A stretch of 64,000 nt of DNA from Eledone cirrhosa (taxonomy: Eukaryota), in the NCBI GenBank assembly GCA_964016885.1, contig OZ024743.1, positions 228,408,001 to 228,472,000 on the forward strand, in the 5' to 3' direction. Under the pieces are notes generated by a model. That model saw only the letters and a program-made list of their open reading frames with translations, ran no database searches and was not told the DNA's origin. The number at the start of each line of letters is the position of its first letter. Within the stretch, counting starts at the first letter, position 1. Positions 56,420 to 64,000 of this stretch are shown piece by piece. Made by a program: the position numbers and the translations under genes.

Positions 56420-56777
56420 TGTGAAGATTTAGATGTTGAAATTTCCTTTATTCATAAATAGATATTTCAATAGCAATTATGGCTATGTGATGCTTTGATC
56501 ACACAACCAACAATGCTGCATAACCAGATAGAATCTTATGCAATAAGGTAGTCTCCAATGCAAGCTAAGAGAAGAGGGATTGGACCAATATGGTGTTTAC
56601 ACCACTGATGTCCATTTCCTTGTCATTGGTCACCAGTGTAAACACAACCTTATTGCATAAGAGTGTGTAGCATAACTGCTTGCATGATTGACACATCACG
56701 TAGCCATGACGCCATTGAAAACTGTATCACAGCTTTATAAATAAAGAAATTTTGAACATCTACGTCTGATTTTCACA
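56420..56777. mobile_element. Old long-TIR palindromic MITE
   Basis: Left GTGAAGATTTAGATGTTGAAATTTCCTTTATT...ATGGCTATGTGATG...TCTTATGCAATAAGG mirrors right CCTTATTGCATAAGA...CATCACGTAGCCAT...AATAAAGAAATTTTGAACATCTAC...TTCAC. Confidence 0.7.
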
Positions 56778-56934
56778 ATTATCCTTTTAATATATACTCT
56801 GTCATGGACTAACAAATTATATTTTTGGAAGAAAACACATGGTGTTGAGTGCTCAAATCTAATTGTATCATTCTTCACTAATTGGTGTGTTGCATTCACA
56901 ATCCTGGTTAGTCAACATTATCATTGGGTGGTGG

Positions 56935-57348
56935 AGGGCAGTGGATTGGCAGTATCGGCAGAGGGTCGGACGCCTTGCTTTGCAGCAAAAAGTTATGGCC
57001 CTTTATGATCTGAGTTCAAATCCTGCCGAGGTTAACTTTGCCTTTCATCCTTACGGGGTCGATAAATAAAGAACCAGTCACGCACTGGGGTTGATTTAAT
57101 CGACTATCCCCTCCCCCCAAAATTGCTGGCCATGTGCCTATATAAGAAACCATTATCATTGGGTGGTGGATTGGCAGTATCAGTAGAGGGTCAGACACCA
57201 TGGATTGCAGCACAGTTACGTCCCTTTACGGACTGAGTTCAAATCCTGCCGAGGTTAACTTTGCCTTTCATCCTTATGGGGTCGATAAAATAAAGTACCA
57301 GTAATGTACTGGGTAATTGCTGGCTGTGTGCCAAAGGAGAAACAATTA
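56935..57348 (+). mobile_element. Tandem dimer of SINE family B (56935-57153 and 57163-57348)
   Basis: Two cores; CATTATCATTGGGTGGTGGA precedes each unit. Confidence 0.85.
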
Positions 57349-58089
57349 TCTTTGTATATATATGTGTGTGTGTGAGAGAGATGTTATTTCAGCAATCTCC
57401 AGCAATGACCCTCTCACTCAATATTGAACAAGAGAGAGAGAGAGAGAGAGAGAAGGACAGTAGGTAAAGATAGCTTGATTTACAATAAGTCAGATAAATA
57501 TAGACAATTAGACATAAAGACATAGGTAGACATTGTGATAGACACAGACAGTCAATCAGATATACCTAGACAGGCAGATATTGACACAGATTTTAGAGTG
57601 TGTGTTTTCTTTGTATACATAATATCATTTTACTCTTGTGTGAATACATTAATGCCATTCCTATACATCCAAGCCCTATAAGATGACACAGACTTCACTA
57701 TTAATTCTATGGAGCTTCCATATATTTGAAATATGAACCATTATAATGCATATCTGATCTTCATTGTTTAATAGATATTGTGCTTGCTAAATCAAATAAA
57801 CATTGTTATACACAACATAATCAGAGAGCAAGGCAATGAATTGGCAGAATTGCTAGAACCTCGAATTGAATGCTCTGTGGTCTTCATTCTGACTTCAAAT
57901 CATGCTGAGGTTAACTTTGCTTTTTTATCCCTCCTAGGTTCAATAAATAAAGTACCTGTCAATCAAGTAGTGGGGCAATTCTTTCCTCTGTGTCTCTTTG
58001 TCTCTTTCTATGGAAACACTTTATTATTATGGATCGTTTTTGTCAATTTCAGACACTTAAATGTTATACGATCTTGCTATTTCAATTTG

Positions 58090-59340
58090 AGAGCAAACAA
58101 AGGTCCCTTATTACATTCTTTACTTTGTCTTACATAAACAAAACTTTCCTTAAAGTCTTTCCTGTAATAGATGTTCTTCTGCATGACCTGTAAGCTTGTA
58201 TCAATTCTGATTCGATTTACAAAGTCCTCAAAACTTCATCCCAATGCCCCAATCACCACTGGAATTATTAAAACTTTCTTCAACTCCCACAACTTTCCAA
58301 TCTCCTCTTTCAGTGGCTCATACTTCTCCACCTTTTCATGCTCCTTAACCTTCACTCTGCTATCTCCAGGGAAATATATCAATAATTTGGACCTCTATTT
58401 TCTTCTTGTTCACAACTAAAATGTCTGGTCTTCTTGCCTCAATCATTCTATCGTATTGAATGGTGAAGTCCTACAAAAGCTGAAATTCATCATTCTCTCC
58501 AAATACCATTTAGTTGCTATGACAAACCCACATTTCTCAGATATTAACCAATGAATATATCTGGCAACATTATCATATCTTTTGTACTCTTGCTATGCCA
58601 ACTTAACACATTTTCTTACAATATAGCTGACCAATTCTTTTATTCCACATTATTTTACATAATGGTGGTTTTATTGTTTTGTTAACATGATGTTTAAAGT
58701 AGATAGTTTGAAGAACTTGCTCCTGGGCGCTTCACACCAGAGCATCAATGCATCCTTTCATTTTTAAGCCACAACTAAGTCTTTTCCCAGTTAATGGCTA
58801 CTTTATCTCTAGTGTACTGTCCAAGCATGAGTTTATCCTTCCACTCCTTTCAACTTTTTTTTCATTCTCATCTTGCATTCATTAGTTGCTACTGCATCAG
58901 TGGATTTCAGTGTGCTGAGGTCTCTTATTTTTGACATGATGTTAATCTTAACAATTTTATGGTACCAAGATAGGTTGTTTTTGTCACTTTTGACACACTC
59001 TTCCCAACATATTGGTCTTCTATCTTCTTTCTTCCAACAAAGTCTAGCAACATCACTCTTTGGGCGGAGTTCTTTATACGCTGACATCAATTTCCCAGTT
59101 TTCCTACCAATACTTTCCAATTCATCTTTTCTCCATTTAATAACTCCTGTCCCATAGCACAAGAGAGACACAGCTCATGTATCTGTTGCCTTGATCTTAT
59201 TCCTTCCTTTCAATTTAGATGACATTACATGTCTTACCCAACTGAGGAATTCGTTTTTGAACGTCTTCAATTCTTTCTCTTTGATTTTATCCAACTCAAA
59301 GACTCCCAAATATTTGTATACTTCCACTCCAACTCCTTTA
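58090..59340 (-). pseudogene. Decayed 5'-truncated R4/Dong-clade non-LTR retrotransposon (RT C-terminus, CCHC knuckle, restriction-like endonuclease)
   Basis: Minus-strand peptides YKYLGVFELDKIK..SKLKGRNKIKA, YGTGVIKWRKDEL..RKTGKLM..LRPKSDVARL, AQEQ..C..C, EYKRYDNVARYIHW, DFTIQYDRMIEARRPDILVV and EKVEKYEPLKEEIGKLW..IPVVIGALG, broken by frameshifts and stops. (TTA)n lies at 59381-59397. Confidence 0.85.
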
Positions 59341-59659
59341 ACAGTCTGGCCATACAATGTCACCTGTACAATACATCTTGTTATTATTATTATTATTGGC
59401 AATATCAGTAGAACATTGGACAACATGCTTTATGCATAAAGTTACGGCCCTTTGAGTTCTGAGTTCAAATCCCTCCGAGGTTAGCTTTGCCTTTCATCCT
59501 TATGGGGTTGATAAAATAAAGCACCAATAATGTACTAGGGTTGATTTAATCGAATTTCCCTCCCCAAAATTGTTGCTCTTGTGCCTAAATCAAAATTCAA
59601 ATGTAATCTCCCCTTTCCACAGTCTGATATATAAACACTCACATATACACAGATATACC

Positions 59660-59865
59660 AACATACTTTCTCTCCTCTTTACCATTTTCTCTGTTTTCTA
59701 CTCTCATTTGTCTACCCTTTTCTTCTCTTTCCCAAACATCCACTCAACTTGTTTTTCCTATCTTCTGATAAAGGACTAGCATCTGAAACGTTAATACTCT
59801 TTTTCACCTATATTAAGTGTTAAACTAATACAACATCTTTATACTGTTCTCCTGTATTGTTTTAC
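59660..59865 (+). mobile_element. Penelope-like pLTR remnant with degenerate hammerhead core (59761-59796)
   Basis: TCTT CTGATAA AGGA CTAGCA TCT GAAA CG TT AATA ... GTGTTAAACTAATACA; homologous to 22203. Confidence 0.5.
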
Positions 59866-59920
59866 AGCATTGGCTTATATATGTGTGTGTGTGTGTGTAT
59901 GCATACATATACATGCATGC

Positions 59921-59973
<53 letters not shown>

Positions 59974-60542
59974 TATATACATATATATATACATATAAAC
60001 ACAAACATGCACACACACAACATATCAGAGAGTTTATTATTATTATATTATTATTCGTCTTACTAAGGTTATTGTTATTATTATTGGTGTTGTTGTTGTT
60101 AAACTCATCATTATTATTTACAAGCTTTTTTCTTTTAATTTTCTGCACTAGTGAACAGAAGCGACATTAATGTGAAAAGAAGAAAATAAGAAAAAGCCAA
60201 GTTGATTCTACTACCTCCACAACCACAACCTCCATAACAAACAAACCACATTATCATCATCATCGTCATAAGAAGAATGAGGAGAAGGAAAGCTGATAAA
60301 TAGAAATAAACACATGTAGTGTGGTATGGTATAGTGTAGAAATTGTTGATGTCGATGTTGGAGGTGGGTCATCTTGAGAAAAAAAAGTCCTAAGAACAAG
60401 ACAACCAGAACGACAGAAGCAAGGTATGTGGAGAGCCAAGACATAAGTGATTCCTTATGATGTGTGCATGTGTATGTGGTCGTATATATATGTGTGTATG
60501 GGTGTGTGGTCGTATTTATATATGCATGTATATATATATATA

Positions 60543-60579
<37 letters not shown>

Positions 60580-60651
60580 TAGTGTGTGTATATGGGCGTA
60601 TGTATGTATATGTATGTGTGGGTGTGCATGTGTGGCCATATGTATATATGT

Positions 60652-60683
<32 letters not shown>

Positions 60684-62615
60684 GTATACATACATACATA
60701 CATACATACATACATACATACAAACGACCATATACAGACACATATATCGTCATCACCATCGTCATTTAACAAACATTAAATGATGATGATGACATATATG
60801 TGTGTTTGTATGGTCATATATATATATATGCATATATACATGTGTGTGTATGTATGATTTTATGTATATACTATGTATGTGTATATGTGAGTGAGTGAGT
60901 GTGTGGGTGGGTGCAGTTAGGGCTAAGACATAAGAGATTACTTATGATGACTAATTAAAACAACCAGATTGAATCACATATTGATAATAAAAAAATAGAA
61001 TAAAAACAAGTAAATATAATACTTCAATTCCACTATCCCATTCACTATCGTGTTCTTGTGTGCTTGTGTGTGCTGGACCTCTGTCAGTTTCATTATTCGA
61101 TCAATGGAACAGCCTACTCAGTTGAAATAGCCAATGTGTGTGCATGTTAAACCTCCAGCAGTTCCAACAAAGAGTGTTCCAGTTAATGTGGACAACAGCA
61201 TAGGTAGCTTATACCATTACCATGCAAGTGGCTGTGCATTCTATAGACATAAATACCCGTAACAAATTTTTAAGTTGGATACAGCATAGCATAGTGTGTG
61301 ACATGGTTGGCCCAGTGAATTTCAGCTACAGTTCATCTGACTGGCTTCTGAAGAGGTTCCCTTTACCTATTTTACTCACAGGCATGGCTTAAGCTGAAAC
61401 TATAGTAAATGACACTTGCCCAAGATGCCACACTGTGTGATGAAACCAAGGGCCTAATGATTGTGGATCAAACTTCTTAGCCATTTGGCCATGATTCTTT
61501 GCATCCAAAACCTGCTGCAACTTACTTGGGTGGTAGACTAAAGCCATCACCCAATCTAATACCTCTGCTTGACCCCTGCATTTCTTTTGCAGAGATTCTC
61601 CCCACCCTACATATTTCTCTTTCTAAAATCTCTGACTTGTATTGTAGCACAAGTTGATGGTGATAATATAAATCAAACAATATCCAGAATTTCAACAGAT
61701 TATCTGAGAACACAATCCTATAATAATGATAGTGATGATGATCATGATGATTCTTTCTTACATTGGTAGAAGGCCAGCAAGTTGAAGGAAGGGGAAAGTC
61801 TATGTCAAATCCTATACTTAAGTAGCGCTTTATTTTATAAACCACAGAAAGATGTAAGTCACAGTTGACCTCAGCAGGATTTGAACTGGAACAAATGCCA
61901 CAAAGCATTTTGCCCAACTTTTTAACAATGCTTCCAATCCACATACATAATAACAATAATTACAATAATAAAAACAATAACAACAACAAAGATAATACAA
62001 AAAAAAATAATAATGGCCCTTTCTTATATGGAGATGATTTATGTAGGTGTGAAATGAGTCTTGTAAGATTTATGGCTTTACCAAAGGAATAAGCAACAGT
62101 AAGCAATATGAAATGGTTCCACTCAAGAGTATGGCAGCAGATTTTGGTTTGCTTTCTTTAATATATAAGAAGCAATTTTATTTTATAATTTGTTTTTCAT
62201 TTGGTGAATTGACAAATATAACAAATGTTTAACAAATTGACCCCAAAATATTACTGATTATACTACACTATACTACAATGTGTATACTTACAGCATAACA
62301 TTTCTCATATCAAACTGCTTGAAACCAGTCTTAGTTCTATGATAGGAAACTGTTTACATTTTGTTCGTATTTATCTGAAAGCCTTCCATCATAATATAAT
62401 TACAGATTCATAGATAGATATTCTAGCTAGACAGATATAGACAGACAGATAGGTAGATTAGATTAGATAGATTATATATATAATATATATATATATATAT
62501 ATTATAATATATATATATATTATAATATATATATAATATATATATATATATATTATAATATATATATATATTATTATATATATATATATTATTATATATA
62601 TATATATTATTATAT

Positions 62616-62680
<65 letters not shown>

Positions 62681-62724
62681 AAGTTAAATAAAAGTCAAAT
62701 GATTAAAATTTAGCTTCGCTTATT

Positions 62725-62779
62725 ACTGCTATATATATTTCAGTGACAGCCATCTTTGGCTGTGACCTCTTCAGGCAGT
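62725..62779 (-). ncRNA. Minimal type-I hammerhead ribozyme (best-preserved core in the window)
   Basis: Minus: ACUGC CUGAAGA GGUCACAGCCA-AAGA-UGGCUGUCACU GAAA UAUAUA UA GCAGU. Stem I is 5 bp, the core is the canonical CUGANGA/GAAA, stem II pairs at 10 of 11 positions, and stem-loop III is palindromic. Confidence 0.75.
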
Positions 62780-62809
62780 TTGAATTAGTATGGTATAGAC
62801 AAGTACATA

Positions 62810-62979
62810 TGTTGTTTAGGTGTATAATATTGTCAATACTCTGATATGCCCAGTTCCTTGTTGGGTTGTTAATTCACTGAGGAACTGGAGTCATATTATG
62901 ACTCCAGTTCCTCAGGGAATTAACAACCTAAAAAGGAACTGGGCATATCAGAGTATTGACAATATTATACACCTAAACA

Positions 62980-62982
<3 letters not shown>
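62810..62982. repeat. 173-bp near-perfect palindrome (86-bp arms, 3 mismatches, centre 62896)
   Basis: TGTTGTTTAGGTGTATAATATTGTC...GAGTCATA T TATGACTC...GACAATATTATACACCTAAACAACA. Confidence 0.95.
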
Positions 62983-63028
<46 letters not shown>

Positions 63029-63029
63029 A

Positions 63030-63193
<164 letters not shown>

Positions 63194-63240
63194 TATATAT
63201 TATAATATATATATAATATATATATATATATTATTATATA

Positions 63241-63574
63241 GAGGCACATGGCTTAGTGGTTAGAGCATTGGCCTTGCAATCGAAAGGTTGTGAGTTCAAT
63301 TCTCAGACCGGGTGATGTGTTGTTTCCTTGAGCAAGACAATTTATTTCACATTGCTCCAGTTTACTCAGCTGTAGAAATGAGATGATAGGGACTGGGTTC
63401 CCTATCATTCCACTGAAAAGTGGACGTCTAGGTGCCACGGCAAAAAAACACCCAGCACTCACTGTAAATGAGGTTGGTGTTAGGAAGGGCATCCAGCTGT
63501 AGAAATCAAGCCAGAATCAGTTCCCGTCCCACCCTTGTAAGCAGGGAAAAGTGGACGTAAAATGAAATGATGAT
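63241..63574 (+). mobile_element. Full-length tRNA-derived SINE, family A
   Basis: Near-identical to 19059-19404 and embedded in (TA)n. Confidence 0.9.
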
Positions 63575-63756
63575 ATATATTAATATATATATATATATAT
63601 TATAATATATATATATATATATATAATTATATATATATATATATATATAATTATATATATATATATATATATATAATTATATATATATATATATATATAT
63701 AATTATATATATATATATATATATATTATAATATATATATATATATATTAATATAT

Positions 63757-63900
63757 ATCATCATTTCATTTTACGTCCACTTTTCCCTGCTTACAAGGGT
63801 GGGACGGGAACTGATTCTGGCTTGATTTCTACAGCTGGATGCCCTTCCTAACACCAACCTCATTTACAGTGAGTGCTGGGTGTTTTTTTGCCGTGGCACC
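63757..63900 (-). mobile_element. Inverted copy of the 3' 144 bp of the adjacent SINE
   Basis: Shares private variants (CCCTTGTAAGC, GCAAAAAAACACCC) with 63431-63574. Confidence 0.85.
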
Positions 63901-64000
63901 ATGATGATGATGATGATGATGATATTATATATATATATATTATATATATATATATATAATAATTATATATATATATATATATAATTATATATATATATAT

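Overview
AT-rich, repeat-saturated eukaryotic non-coding DNA. The microsatellite density and the SINE heads and tails suggest a coleoid cephalopod, probably Octopus (inference). I found no intact protein-coding gene; almost all ORFs in the track are microsatellite or satellite artefacts. Supported content: (i) tRNA-derived SINEs of at least 2-3 families with (ATG)n tails; (ii) a decayed R4/Dong-type non-LTR retrotransposon at ~58.1-59.3 kb (minus); (iii) a head-to-tail concatemer of RTE-type LINE ends with (TATG)n tails at 17.6-19.0 kb; (iv) TTAA-flanked piggyBac-like MITEs and TA-flanked Tc1/mariner-like MITEs; (v) a 1.9-kb 8-bp satellite with higher-order repeats, plus a 51-bp minisatellite. 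The most notable signal is a set of short, sequence-unrelated inserts in (TA)n tracts with a shared layout: a fold-back inverted 5' end, a minimal type-I hammerhead ribozyme (HHR) core, and a short 3' tail (19.6-19.9, 24.8-25.2, 44.1-44.3 and 62.7-63.0 kb). There are also further degenerate HHR cores and a module whose short copies start at a predicted self-cleavage site. These resemble Penelope pLTR-derived or retrozyme-like elements. A strong AG|GTAAGT recursive-splice-type site at 4264 (minus) hints that the window lies inside a long intron.
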